Below, in pieces: positions 12,155-25,605 of a stretch of 64,000 nt of DNA. How positions within the stretch are numbered: position 1 is the first letter of the stretch; each line of letters opens with the position of its first letter. The DNA comes from Sphaerodactylus townsendi (taxonomy: Eukaryota), in the NCBI RefSeq assembly GCF_021028975.2, contig NC_059432.1, positions 54,188,001 to 54,252,000 of the forward strand. Reading direction: 5' to 3'. Under the pieces are notes generated by a model. It did no database searches and had not been told where the DNA came from. It saw only the letters and a list, made by a program, of their open reading frames with translations. A program made the translations under genes and the position numbers.

Positions 12155-12706
12155 CATCACATAGCCTTTCAGTGATAATGTCCTTATTCTTCATTAGATT
12201 TTCATAAGATGCAATCTGTAGCAGATTATTGCGAGAACCTGCAATCCTCAGAAGTGAGCTCCTTTGGACATATCCTATCCCAATGACAAGTAGCGATATA
12301 TCATTGTTACGCAGCTGCTGGGCTGGGACTATGGCATCCTCTATGCCAGTCCCACTGGAGATCAATACCACAATCTTTTTTACTCCAGGCCTTGCTCCTT
12401 TTTGGATGGTCATGACATCTTCATAAATAAGTAGCAAAGAGGTTCCAACAGAGGCAGAGCCACCCACAAAAGTAGCTTGGTTGATGGCTTCAAAAAGAGC
12501 TGTATTAGTCGTGTGGGTATCCAGGCCGAATACGGTGTGGGTTTTTTTTCCATAGACAACAAGGCCTACCTGTGTCAGATCCCGATTGATATCAAACTGG
12601 AGTGAGAGGTTACTCACAAAGTTTTTTAGCAGTACAAAGTTCTCTCTTCCAACAAATGCTGAGGAATCTAAAGTAAATACCAAATCCAGAGACCGAGATG
12701 AGCAAC
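12155..12706 (-). CDS. VWA2: VWA2 coding exon 11 (third VWA domain)
   Basis: GCSSRSLDLVFTLDSSAFVGRENF...DIITERLCD. 552 nt, AG/GTAAG boundaries. Confidence 0.96.
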
Positions 12707-13140
12707 CTAAGGAGGGAGGAGCAGACATTAAGCTGATGGGGACAGTAGGTTCCTAAAAATTTCAAATGAAATGGAAAATAATTTTATATCTCTACACTTT
12801 GGCCCAGAGATTTTTAAAAAGCTATGGAATTCTAGTCAGATTTAGTTCTGAATAAGTCTAGACTGCAGACTGGCAACAGCTTGTCAAAGACAGTTCTAGC
12901 ATTACTTCAATAGATTTTTCCCTGACCAATAGATCAAACAAACATCATGGACTGTTTAGCAAATGTTTCACTGCAAACTACTAGATGTCATGAACCTTGT
13001 TGTAAGGTAGTGTTTTTGCTCCAGAGTTCTATTACACATCTCCAACAGCATAACAGGAATGTACATTAGCAATAGCCTATTCAAATAATACTGCCAGCCA
13101 ACAGCTTCTGCAGAAATACTCATTAGTAGTACAATCTTAC

Positions 13141-13719
13141 CTTGACTATCTGTGCTGCAGATTTTTTTCTGGAGATCAGGAATCTTGTTGAACAGATCTT
13201 GTGGAGTTGTATAGACAATAGTCTGTTTTGGATTCCCTGTTACTTCATCTAGCTCTGCTCTCAGAAATTCACTGCCAATTGCAATGAGAGAAGTCACCTG
13301 CCCTCTGGCATACTCAGCTGCCTCCACCACTGAATCCTGTGCATTTGAATCCGTGAGCAAGACGACCACACGGTGGAGGTCATCAGGAACATCAGCAAAG
13401 ACTGGTGCATTCTTAAAGCCATGTTGCGCAATATACCATAAAGCTTTGCCAGTCAAAGTGCTCCCTCCTCTGAACTGCATGGAATCAATGCCCTTCACAA
13501 GATTGAGAATGTCTGTGTTGTCTCCAACTCCAACAGCCACCATGACATCACTGCTGTACTGGGCCACAACTACATTTCCTGGAGTCTCTTTATTCCACAC
13601 TGCTTGGAGAAACCTTTTCAGGAAAGCTTTATAGCGCAAGAATCCTTCAAGAGTGATGCTGGATGAACTGTCCACCAGAAAAAGAAGATCCACGTTGCAT
13701 TCTAGACTCAGCTTGGGGG
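13141..13719 (-). CDS. VWA2: VWA2 coding exon 10 (second VWA domain)
   Basis: APKLSLECNVDLLFLVDSSSS...KKICSTDSQ. 579 nt, AG/GTAAG boundaries. Confidence 0.96.
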
Positions 13720-13893
13720 CTGGAAAAATAAAAGAATCCAAGAAGTCCAAATGAAAACTGATAGTGAAATTATATCTTCAGTGACCCTTGCCCCAATTCA
13801 TATAAACACGGCATCTCTCAGGTTCAGTTGTTCACTTCTATTTATGATCAAAAGAGAAGGAGGAATGCCAGCCAAAGTCTGCTGACTGTCTTG

Positions 13894-14361
13894 CAGAGGC
13901 ATAGGGTGAGAAAATACCACCTGGGGCAAAATGCCTCCCCCCATGGGCCCCGCCCCCACCCCACTCTTACGGCCCCTCTCCCTTACCTTTTTCTGCCAGC
14001 AAAGCAGCTGGCTGAAAAAAAGGAGCATGGGGTGGGAGAAGGGGGAGGGGTCAGGGGTGGCCCTGCCCCTCCTGCGGCTTCCTCTGTCCTACCCTTTTCT
14101 GCCGGCAAAGCAGCTGGCTGAAAAAAAGCTTTCCCAGCTGAAGAAGTAGCCTGGCTGGGATAGACGACGGGGGAAGGGAGAGGGGTTGGGCCTCCTGTCG
14201 TGCCGAGGCCCAATGCATTCTGGAAAGGAGGAGGGGTGTGGCTGGGCTTCAGTGTGAAACACTTCCCGGGAGTGTGGGGGCAATTTTTGCCCCCCATGTG
14301 ACTCCCATGTGGGTGCCCACGCCATTTGTTACAACATGTCCCCGTGGCATCTACACTACTG
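13894..14361. mobile_element. Non-autonomous hAT-like element
   Basis: Imperfect TIRs CAGAGGCATAG / CTACACTACTG. 8-bp TSD CTGTCTTG at 13886-13893 and 14362-14369. Internal repeat GCAAAGCAGCTGGCTGAAAAAAAG occurs twice. Confidence 0.8.
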
Positions 14362-14565
14362 CTGTCTTGCTATGAATAGAACCTGGGGGCTAAGTAATAA
14401 GCAGGTCAGGCCACAAGATGTATAATTAGAAATTAATTGCTTGATACATGTCTTGATAGAAATTCCAAGCAAAAGCCATCTTTGTCCTCTGTCCCTTTTA
14501 TATGGAAGGTTAAGACTGTTCAGAAGAGACCTGTAAGTTTGGTTACAATTGTTTTAGCACTCCTT

Positions 14566-15056
14566 GGCTGTTTCTGCACGGCTACACTGCGGGGGTGCGT
14601 CGGCATAAACGTCGCCAACGCACCCCCCGGGACTGTTCACATGGACAGTCCCAGTAGGGGCGTGGAAGACAGTGCAGCCTGCGCAGAGGCTGCGCCGTCT
14701 CCCGAACGCCTTACCATCCCTCCGACCTTCCGATGCATCGCCCAGGCCAGGGGACACGCCCCCTGCCCTGTGCGACAGCTCTGGAGTTGCAGGGCAGGGG
14801 GAGTGTCCCCTGGCCTGGGCGATGCGCCGGAACGTCGGAGGAATGGTAAGGCATTTGGGAAAGGGGGGGAAATGGCACCTTCCAGCCACTGCCGTTCACA
14901 CGGCAGCGGTTGGAAGCCAGAAACAGCAGCTTCGTGCTGCTCGGGGGTTGCGAGGCCGCCGCTGCTGCAATGCGGCGGCGGCCGTGCAAACCTCTCCCCA
15001 GGGACACTGTTTTTCGCTTTCCTTGGACGCTGTATTCCACCTGTGCGGAAACAGCC
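14566..15056. mobile_element. PIF/Harbinger-like non-autonomous element, CpG-rich, with an internal hairpin
   Basis: TIRs GGCTGTTTCTGCAC / GTGCGGAAACAGCC. 3-bp TSD CTT. Inverted arms at about 14707-14852. Confidence 0.85.
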
Positions 15057-15461
15057 CTTGTTCAAAAGCCTTCAAAATTATTTCCTTTTTGTTGCTCATT
15101 TTTTGGCATGGATAATAAAGCACCAGTGATTTTCACAATAGGCAACAATCATGTCTTGAAATTAATAACTTTTCCAGAAATCTTCAAACCTTGTTCCTAA
15201 CTGTATTGACCCAGAAGTAAGTTCATCTGACACAACATGATGTCACTTCTCAGCAAGCATTTACTTCCTAGCAATATTTATTGAGAAATGTGTCTCTGTA
15301 AGTTTAACATATCGGTAACCTGCTCTAAAACAAGAAGTACAAAATAACATTTCTCCATTCTCAACCTTCGCCTTACTCTTTTCTTTCCCATCACAAAGCA
15401 AATATGACGCAGATAGCCAGAGCTATAGGACTGAAGTGCTGGTATATAAGACCACACATAC

Positions 15462-15569
15462 CACAATTGACATCTCCACCAAATCCGGTTGGGCAAACAC
15501 ACTGGTAGTCTTCTAACCCTTGTGGAATGCATGTGCCTCCATTCTGGCAAGGATGGGAACCACAAGGAT
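15462..15569 (-). CDS. VWA2: VWA2 coding exon 9 (first EGF-like domain)
   Basis: DPCGSHPCQNGGTCIPQGLEDYQCVCPTGFGGDVNC. 108 nt. Carries the O-glucose (CxSxPC) and O-fucose (CxxxxTC) consensus sites. Confidence 0.96.
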
Positions 15570-16055
15570 CTAGTAACCAGGAAACAAAAAACAAAGTGAA
15601 TATGAGATAAGCATTCTGCCAGTATTTGAGGTGTAAGCAGGACTGAGCTCTAGGAGAACCCAGCAGCACTTCGTGCCACATGTCCTCAGATTACTTAATT
15701 TGATTTGTATCCAGCAAGAGCTTATTTTGCCATATAGGTATGCAACGGGAACAACTTGCCTAATTATACTGGCACATATAAAACACTGCAGTTCCTTTGA
15801 TGGAATAGTACTTCCATTTGCAGAAGAAGGCATGGCAATTTCCATAGGTGCCCCTTCCCACCACAAACTCCTGTTTGCCCCCATTGGTGTCCCACTCATT
15901 TCAACTAGTTTGACCCTACTGAATTGAGATTGTCCTGTCTCATCCTGTGGAGAAAAAGAATGCTCCATTAGTGGTACATTACTTTAATTTCACAGTTATT
16001 TTTTGTTTTGAGAAACTTGTGCATCTTATTAAGATTTACAATTACCATATCTTAC

Positions 16056-16111
16056 CTGGGCACATGGTACGATAACATCTAGACGGATGTGTAATAAAAA
16101 TGTTCCTCCAC
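16056..16111 (-). CDS. VWA2: VWA2 coding exon 8
   Basis: KWRNIFITHPSRCYRTMCP. 56 nt, TTTAAG/GTAAG boundaries. Not in the ORF track. Confidence 0.93.
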
Positions 16112-18525
16112 CTTAAAAAGAAAACACAGTATAAACATGAGATAAAATGACATTTAAATTGTTTGTACAATACAAGCAGAACTCAATAATTCAGATAAAT
16201 ATTATAGGTGGAATTCTGCAGTTATTTGCTTGGGAGTTAGGACCTGACCAAGGGTGTCTCTACACAGAAATTTTGTTCAATATCTCTGCACCAGCAGTGG
16301 ATTTGTGTGTTTGTGTGTGTGTGTGTGTCCTGTCTTGGTACACCCTTTTGGGGACAATTGTACAGAAAAGCAAGTTTGGAATCCATGCAGATGGGAAAGA
16401 ACAAATTTCCACAGTTCCCTGCCCAGATTCAGAACTGTTTTTCCTTGTGTCCACCTGTCTCCCCACAACCCCAGGCAGACTGTAGACAGTTTTAAGAGTC
16501 AGCTTAGCAATATACCTCTTAATTATGTCATTTAAAAAGTTTTTTAAAACCACCAGAAAAAAGAGAAAAGGAAATGATTGGTGCAGGGGGAACGCACATT
16601 CAAAATCCACATGCCTTGCCAAGCTTTTGCTGCAACTGTGAATACCTTTGCATTCACCTCTGTATCCCCAGAGGCAATAAGAGCAAAACAGCAATCTAAA
16701 TGTGAAAAATAATGCTTATAATCTAGTTCTGATACTTACTATTGGAGTAAACTTCAAATTACTACAAAGGAATCCATGACTAATTTCCCAATTTTTGATT
16801 TTTAAAAAACACTAAACACAGGCCAAGGGCAGCTAATTTGATTGAGGGAGGAGAATGGCATGTACTGCACTTTCCCCCATGAAGATTCTTTAAATTGCCC
16901 CAAGCAGCTATTTGTTCAATAAGGGAAGCAAATACTGATCTGGGTATCTTGACAGTTGTTTCACATGGAAATGGCAGCAGCCAGGGGTGGGGGCATTAGG
17001 GGAAAAGATGCATAAGGATACAGCTGTGGGGAAACATGGTGCTTCCCTAGTCAAATTAGTAACTTGAAAGAAGATTTTTGCTTTGGCATAGAGAAATGGC
17101 AGAAGGAAGAGGAAGCCGAGACCCTTTTTCTGCCTGTTTCTTTCCCATTGCAGCTTTCCCCTGTAGGATTTCAAATATATGCTTGCAAAGGCAAAACATA
17201 TTTCATAAATCACTTTCACCCCTTCTTTCCAGTAATCCCTGATAAAAAAATTATAATTTTGCCACAACTCCAAAAGAAACAAATTTTCAGACTAAACACT
17301 AAACATATTTTTCGTCCCCAACACTATTAGACGTGTACACCAATTTTGTTGATGCAGCTTATTGTAACTTCAGAATTTAGTTGGCCTGGGCAGAACACTT
17401 TTTTTCTTCTTCACATCTGATCACTTTACACCAATTGTCGACTAGGCTTTTTCCTGGTGTGTCCTATCCTAGTTGCCAGTCTGAGCTGGTCCTTCAAGAC
17501 ACAAAACTGACAGAAAACATGAAAGGAAATACTAGATCCTTTCAGACCTTCTTTAATTGCAGAAACAAGTCCAAAATAAAACAGATACAACGATCTGTTT
17601 TCCTTTCTGTGTCCTTCTCAAAAATATTTTACTCATTATACAAGTCTCCATTACATAAATTTTGACATGTCTCCAATTATTTTAAAGGCCTTTGACATTT
17701 TCCCATTATTCAAATATATCCTTATCTCAGGGGAAGTTTCTTGCCTAACCTGCAGTCATTGAGCTGACAATACAACTCAGTGTTTGCAGTTTTCAGGCTG
17801 AACACTGACTGCAATATGAGCAGGGACTATTTCCTGCCAATGATTGAGGCTTTGCCCCATATCAGTGACAATCTTATAGCACTGTCAAAATAAGCAAGAT
17901 GGAGAGGAAGTATTTTTTCCATCCAAAAGTCATGAAAAAAAATCTGAAGAGACTTCCAAGCTAGTGGCAGCAGTGTGAATAGGGTCTGAATATTTTCCCT
18001 ATGCTGAATATTTGAGTACCTTTCTGGACAGAAAGATTTATGCTGCCTACCTATCCTAAGAAATGCAGCAAAAATGCCCCAGGCCCAATGATGCTGAACA
18101 GTGTGTTCTCACCCCACTTCTCAATCCAAACCAATAACTAACACCTATTTCTTGGGGTTTACACACAGAACCCTTTGTTATATTGGGAGGTCTGGTATCT
18201 TCTGCATATTCATGCAGATTTAAACCAAATTCATGCACCAAAAATAGTTGAAAACGTGTGTTTCACAATGGTCAGAGGAAGAACTTAAGAGTAGATATGC
18301 TAAATTAGACCATTTTCCATCAAGTTCAGTACCCTGTTTAGAACAGTGGCCTGTCACTAGGAAGGCCATTAACAGGGCCCTCAGCTGCTAACTGCCCTGC
18401 CCCCCCGCAGACATCCATCAAAGGCACTCTGAACCCAGAGGTTCTATTCAAATACCATGGCCAATGGCCAGAAATAGGTCTATCCTCCATAAATCAGTCC
18501 AAGTTCTGGTTAAATCCAATAATTT

Positions 18526-18561
18526 ATTATTATTATTATTATTATCATCATCATCATCATC
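18526..18561. repeat. (TTA)n(TCA)n microsatellite
   Basis: Directly visible. Confidence 0.9.
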
Positions 18562-18918
18562 GGCGTAAATAATCTCCAAGAAATTTGACTCTCCTGATTT
18601 TTGCTTTCTTTTCAGTTTCCTTTTAAGTAATGTCTCCATCTTTGAAAACTTGCCTCTTCTAAAGTTGACTGTGGTGGTGCTGGACTTTCCAGGAACTTTA
18701 CTGTATATTAAACTTGATAGCCCTGCAGTCATTGCTACCTAGTATACTCCCACATAGTTCAAACATATTTACTCACTTTTTCCTGGCAAGGAATCTGGAT
18801 GTGCTTATGGCAATTATGTGCATTAATTTGATGAACTATTAATCTGTATGATATTTTCTTGCTGTCCACCTCCCCCCTAGACCCACTAAAGTTTTATGGG
18901 CTAAAGCTGTTGACTCAC

Positions 18919-19051
18919 TTGTAAAAAGGGCAGAGTGATGCATGCACTGTATTGCCATTCTTTGATCCCTTCCAACAGAAATAGTTTCCAATCAGCACCT
19001 TTTCTCTGTCAAGTGTTTTGCGTTCACAAGAATGAGATTCAATCCTGCAGC
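18919..19051 (-). CDS. VWA2: VWA2 coding exon 7 (cysteine-rich region)
   Basis: GCRIESHSCERKTLDREKVLIGNYFCWKGSKNGNTVHASLCPFY. 133 nt, CAG/GTGAGT boundaries. Confidence 0.94.
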
Positions 19052-20369
19052 CTGTTGCCAGAAGAGAATAATCTCATAAGCAGCATTTATTGCCTTACAT
19101 TAAATTCATTACTATACTAACAAGTGACGTTTCAATCTTTTAACTCAAACAAGATCACTGGGAAACCTTCAAAAAACAGCAGCAAATGAAGAAATTACTT
19201 ATTGATAGAAGACACAAGTGTGTGGGCTTATAGTTATCAACCAATTGCTTTTCAGTGTTATAAGTTCTCAGTGCAACTTACAAAATACAGGACAGTATTA
19301 CTTCTAGCAATACTACTGTTTTACATCTTCTGGTGGAATAGTTTCTGTTTAATGGCCAAGGAGATCCTGCCCTCTTGGCTCCCAAGGGAAACTGTAGAAC
19401 CCAGAACAGCTACTTGAAGATGGTTTAGCTGACTGTTAAACAGTTGGGAATGTATTATTAGAATCAGATTCCTTATGGTCTCCTCTGCCATCATGCTACA
19501 ATCATAAACCTATTGGAAAAACCTCAGAAAAGTCTAGCTGTTATTAGAAAACTCCTGCCTTCTCTGCAGGATTCTTCTTCTTCTATGCAGCCAGATGTAG
19601 TGCATTTCCAGTCTGTGTTTTGTATCTACAGAAGTAGCCAGTAAGTGGCAAATATAAGTATGTAAGTATAGACATACAAGCTCCACATGTTGCAAAGTTC
19701 TTAGGAAGGTGCTAGAACTGATAAATTACTATCTCTATTGTGATTTAGATACTAAGCTCGCAACCCAGTAAGTATTTCAGGAATTTACATCTGATGATTC
19801 TAACATTACAAAGAAGCATTTTAAAAATTTCTCTTCATGGATTAAGAATGCAAATTGGGAAATATGTGGACGTTGCTAGGATCAAGTGCTATCCTGGAGT
19901 CTTGTGAAAGGTCAGAGAAAAGCAGTGACAGCATGTAACACTGATGTTGTCTATCTACCTTGCAACTCCAGTGAAATCTTAGTCCAACCTTCCATACTAC
20001 ATAATATAGCCTGTAAACTGAACAGCTGTAACATAAAGCAAAAAGGTGGGTGAATGTTCTGTTGAAGTCAGCAGCGTATGAAGCATCACTCTCTTCCTGC
20101 CTATAAGCTCCTGAAGAGACAGCTGAAGTCTTTGATTTAACACGTAACACTACAGACAACCCTTAAACAGAACCTACACCTTTTGAGGAAGTGCAGCTCT
20201 GTCCTTAAAGGTCTAGACTTTTCCATTCCATTCTCAAAAACTTTTTCTTTCTGCCTTATAAGATAGAGAGAGAAAAGGGCCACATTAAAAGGAGAAGTGC
20301 AAAGAAAAACTAAGACTTGAATGTGGAAAGAGGCCAACGCGACTGTGCAAAGAATCCTAACAGGCTTAC

Positions 20370-20503
20370 CTGGAGATGAGGCACTGCAAATTGCAGAACT
20401 AGTAAGGGTGGTATAGAGACCATTGGCACTATCTTCAGTATCTTCGGCAAAGAGCACATGCAAGTCTGTTGGCTCACTGGCGAGTGTGTGCAGTTCTTCC
20501 CAT
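20370..20503 (-). CDS. VWA2: VWA2 coding exon 6
   Basis: RWEELHTLASEPTDLHVLFAEDTEDSANGLYTTLTSSAICSASSP. 134 nt. Confidence 0.95.
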
Positions 20504-20968
20504 CTACACAAAAATATGTCAGAAAAATACATAAAGCACAGAAGCACAGTATTGCAATAGTAACTAATTTCATAATTAGTAAATATTTGGGAGCCATTTA
20601 AAAGAGCATTTATTCTACATGTACAGAACTGAAGCAATGCACACTACAACTTAACATAGGCACTACTTTCCTGTTAAAATCTGCTTACAATGTTGTTTCT
20701 AACAACCATTGTCTGATCTTCACTCCCAAACACACACACACCTACTCACACATCTTTCTCCAGCTTTTCTTTCCTGCTGAAGTGCTTAAAATTATCCCCA
20801 GCCAGCACTCAGCTCCCCCGTCACACAGACATTACACACAATCTTATCATCATCGCAGGAAAGCAATCCAAATCTCACCCATATTGTAAGGTTGTTCTTT
20901 AGTCATTGGTTCAGTGACAATAGCAATGGAACATTTAATAGATCTTCTCACGCTAGAAAATAATTTAC

Positions 20969-21163
20969 CTTGGGAAGCTGATTCCCACTGCAAAGACAAC
21001 AATCCCCTTTTCTTTCAGCTGCTTGGCTGGTATTGCCACACTGCCCTGAGACTTCCCATCAGTCAGGATGAGAAGGATTTGGGGCACTGACAAATCCCTG
21101 CCCCCACGGAATCCCTTGTGAAGTATAAACTTCAGAGCCAGGCTAGTTTCTGTTCTCCCACCT
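20969..21163 (-). CDS. VWA2: VWA2 coding exon 5 (first VWA domain)
   Basis: GGRTETSLALKFILHKGFRGGRDLSVPQILLILTDGKSQG...VFAVGISFP. 195 nt. Confidence 0.96.
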
Positions 21164-21421
21164 CTGGAACACAAACAGGAAAAGAACAGGGAAAGATAAA
21201 AGTATTAATATTGCTCCACTTAGTTTCCACAAGCATATCTCTTTCCCAGAGATGAACTGAGAAGATAATTCATTTGAAAAGTTAAGAAGTGGTGAAGACC
21301 AATACTGAGAGAAGCAAGGATTTTGTTTTACGCACTTCATGGGTGAAAATAAATAAGCATTGTAGTGCATGTGGAAAGAGAGAGGGGAGACCTTATATGA
21401 AATTAGTGTAGGATAAACTAT

Positions 21422-21562
21422 GGCTCATTCCGCACATGCAGAATAATGCACTTTCAATCTGCTTTCAGTGCTCTTTGAAGCTGTGCGGAATAGCAAAATC
21501 CACTTGCAAAAAGTTGTGAAAGTGGTTTGAAAACGCATTATTTTGCGTGTGCGGAAGGGGCC
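21422..21562. mobile_element. PIF/Harbinger-like MITE
   Basis: TIRs GGCTCATTCCGCACATGCAGAATAATGC / GCATTATTTTGCGTGTGCGGAAGGGGCC. 3-bp TSD TAT. Confidence 0.85.
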
Positions 21563-24500
21563 TATACTTCACAGTTCTGCCTTAATCTACAACTATAATT
21601 TAGTGGCAATATGGAAAGACTTATCATACTTGACCAGTATGAGCAAGGATGCAGAAGAGGCAGCAAAAACACCCTGGAGGTGATATAGATTTTTCTCGTC
21701 AACATAATTTATGTTGCTTCCTTTTTTTCTACCCCCTTGCTCAGTTACAGACATAACAAATTTCCATCCAATGTATGCTGAATACATAAAGCACAGAAGC
21801 ACAGGAATAATTCAATGGCCCTATCCAACAAGCCATTACCACCATTTAGCCAATAAGGACAAGCAACCTTGTTGCCCTGATAGCCAAAAAACCCTGCAAT
21901 GTCACCTTTTGAAGAAGCTGATGTACTTGGAAACAAAAGAAGCTGAGGAAAGGCAAAGATTGTGTCCTGGAAATAAGACGAGCTCCAGTATCTCGCCTCA
22001 TATTCTTGAGCAGAGAATTGGCCCAATTTGTCAAGTAGCCTGATGCACCAGTATTTGGCATGCATGCTGGGGTTTCTTACCCCTAATTTAGGGTCCAGCT
22101 ACCCATTACATTCAAACCAAACTACAAGGACTTCCTTCCACCCTTGAAAAGCCACTTTGAAAGCAGGTACCTAACTTTGTCTCCCCCTTCCATTCACTGG
22201 GTTTCAAATAAACATTTTGCAGCAGTTTTTTCTTCCCAGTTCCCCTGATCCGTTCTCCACTTGCTTTTTTGCCATAGTGAACCAGACACCAGGTATAGTA
22301 CATAGCAGCTGTCAGGAAAGCAGACAAAAACATTGAGGCAGGGAGTAGACAGGGCCAGTTGCTGCTGCTCTATCTCCCAAGCCAATAGATACACCTTAAA
22401 GGAACAGTGGAAATCTCATTTATAGCCTGGCAAATTTTGAGGGTGGTGGATGGACTATTGGAATGTGCTCTACATGGATCTGTCTTTGAACACAACTCAG
22501 AAACCCCAAATGGTACAGGAAGCCTCTCCTCAATTGCTATCCAGAGATAGATGGGATTATGCATATTACACCCACTGCATCACTCCATCAGTTACCAGCT
22601 AGTTTCTGGGTTCAGTTCAAGGTGCTGCTTATTACTCCCCAAGTTCTTTGTGGCCCAGGACCCGCATATATATAAAACCACCTCTTCTGATCAGATCTAT
22701 TACGGCAACTTCACCGATCCTTCTGAGTGCCACTCTGAAAATAGGCAAGCTGATTTCTGTACCTGAGCAATCTCTGTTATTGTTCTCACCTGGTGGACTA
22801 GCCTATCAGATAGAGTCAGTAGAACCTCCACACTCTTTTATCATTCCACAAAATGTGTGGAAAACATTTATTCAGGAGAGCCTTTTTATAAAGAGAAGAA
22901 GGTTGTAGCAAAACATAACTGTTCAGAATGTAATTTTTAATAATGAGAATTGAGAAATACTGAAACATTTTTTATAAAGAGAATAGGATTCTGACAATAA
23001 TGTCTGGAAATTTTAGGCATTTTCTTTTCGATTTTGTTTACTGCATGTATGCCATTTATACTGCATTGATTTTTAAACTTGTATCTGAAGATTTTTTGTT
23101 TGCATTGTTTATAGTATGAATTTCACTGTTTTATTGCATTTTCTTCTTCTTCTATAATCCCCAGTGAATACCAGTGAAAAAGGTGGCCCATGCACGAAGT
23201 AAATAAATGAATAAATGGTCATCATCTGTTGGTGACCACAAAATCAAGGTATGGTTTGTATATGGGTAAAAACAGATGAAATACCAGAGACAATATTTTT
23301 CATTGAAAGAGGTTCACGTATTCATTAAGTCACCAAGTAATCAAACATCCAGTTAGATATGGGCCTCTTGCCTGTAAGAATTGTTGCGAGAAGAAATTTT
23401 AAAAGATCAAGAATCCACCTCAGGAACAATTTCCTCTCTGCCCCCATACTCCTACACTAACATCTGCTAAAAAAGATGCTAACTGCTGTTCTTGGAAACG
23501 CACACATTTAATTTGCACATCTTTGGGACTATTAATTTTGGCCGTCGCACAGTTTGATTGCAGTATGGAAACACATAGTTGCTGCACAGAAAATTTTTAC
23601 AGCAAGAAATAACAATAAAAAACTAAATGTTGGTTAAGTTAAATATAAGCTGAAGAAAAAAAGTCTGGAAGTGCTAAAATTCTTCATGTTACCTTGTTAT
23701 GTTACCATAAAGAAGGCAGAGAACAATTGATAAAGATCAGAAGAAATAAAATGTAAAATATACTAACATCTATATGAGCAGAAAATTAGGTTTTCTAGCA
23801 GTTCTAGCAACTCAGTAAATAATAGGTTTGGCTGCCCATAGCATTATTGGCCTGGAGCCTTGTTTGATATAGCAGACAATTGACGTCTTCCTGGAAAAGA
23901 GTAAACTTTACAGTTATACGCCAAACTGTATTCTTATTCATACAGAATACCCCCAGAGGCCAGTATCTCTAACATTTTCTCATAAGACCTTGAGTTGTAT
24001 GTTTTGCTTCCTAACATCTTCTGCTACTTCTTCCTGTGGACTACTTAAAGTGGTAGGTTTGGAACTGGGACAATTATCCTTGGTTTTATAGTTTATTGCA
24101 GAACAAAGGTAAAAGTTTGCTTACGTGGTCCTAAACAGTTCCACAATTTGCCTTTGGACTGAGAAGAGACTGTTTTCCTAATTCTATCCTGGGAATTCTT
24201 AATACATCCCATTTCCAAATTCTGCCTATGTATTTATATTAAGATGTATTTATTACATTTATACCCCACCATATCTCTACAATTCAAGGTGGCTTACAAT
24301 AAAAACAATCAAAAATACAATAAATATATTGTAAATATGAACATTTTAAAAGTATAAATACATTCATTTAAAAACAAGTACAAAGATGGCGTAAAAACAA
24401 TCCAAGGGACTAGTCACCAGGGAAAGACAAACTTGTCAAGTTTGCTTTGTATTTAGAGCAAGTGTTACTTATTGTCACATACTACACTTCTGGGACCCAT

Positions 24501-25605
24501 TCAGTTCTAAAATGACCCCCATAGTAATTTCTTTAGTTCCTGCTGCATTAAGTATTTGATCATACCCATGCTTTGTGCTCCTTAGTTCTTTTATCTATAT
24601 ACTTCACTTTGTTCCACCCTATAATTCTCAGTACTCTAAATTCCTGTCAGACTTGCTTTGATCTTTTTTAGGCGCCTCTTCATTTCTACCCTCCAATGTT
24701 CTCTATCTCAATCTAAATGTCAGGAATATATCAACAATTTGCCAGTAGCAGTCATATCTTCCATGGACAGCTGCATTTTGCCATTGATTTGTTTGTACCT
24801 CAAATGACTCAAAACTAGCTGCAAGTTTCCTTTTTAAAATCTATACTTTCTGATATTGAACATCATGACATATACAGCTGGGATTTATGGATTTACAGCT
24901 GCTTATGGATTTAAGAGGTAGAACTTCTCTTAGGGCATGGGTTTGAACTTGGTAGCATTGATTAAATCTAATTTATTCCGCTGCTCCTCAAGGAGCTCAG
25001 AGGGGTACACTTGGAGCTTCATGTAGTTGTGAAACAGCAGAGGAAGTAGAAAAGAATCTTGCAGGACCCATATTTCAGATGCTACCAATCCAAGCAATAC
25101 TCCTTCAGTAGCATCTTCAGAAACTAGATGGTGAGGAAAGGGTGGAATCACCAGTGTGAAAGGCCCCTGACAGCCACCTCAGAAAAATAGAGAATTATAC
25201 CATAGCAAGGCCGTTACTAGCTCATTCTCCCTAGTGGGGGAAGATGGAATGAGAAAGCCTAGTGGGCAAGTGGGAAAAGGCAAGTGGGAAAGTGGGAAAA
25301 AGCAAGTGGGAAAAGGACAATAGCTCCAGGCAGTCAGGGTGCAGCTGCCCCACAAACTGAGCGAACACAGAGCCCAGGAGCAGAGCTGGCAGGAGAAAAG
25401 ACTGGGCCAAGTGAGGTGGCAAGTGAAGAGTCCAGGTTGAGAAGGAGGAACAGGCTGGTCCCCTCCCTCCCTCCCACATGCTCGTGCTGGGTAGGAAAAG
25501 GAAGATTTCTTCTTCCTAAAGCAAAAAATTTCTCAAGGTACCCTTTGCAAACAGAACTGCTAATGTTTTTAACCAGTCAGCCTATGTCTTTAAGTAATAC
25601 AAGAC

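Noticed and set aside
14437-15200. Overlapping long ORFs (up to 230 aa) on both strands
   Set aside because: They lie in a GC-rich palindromic non-autonomous transposon, are stop-poor by composition and show no protein motifs.
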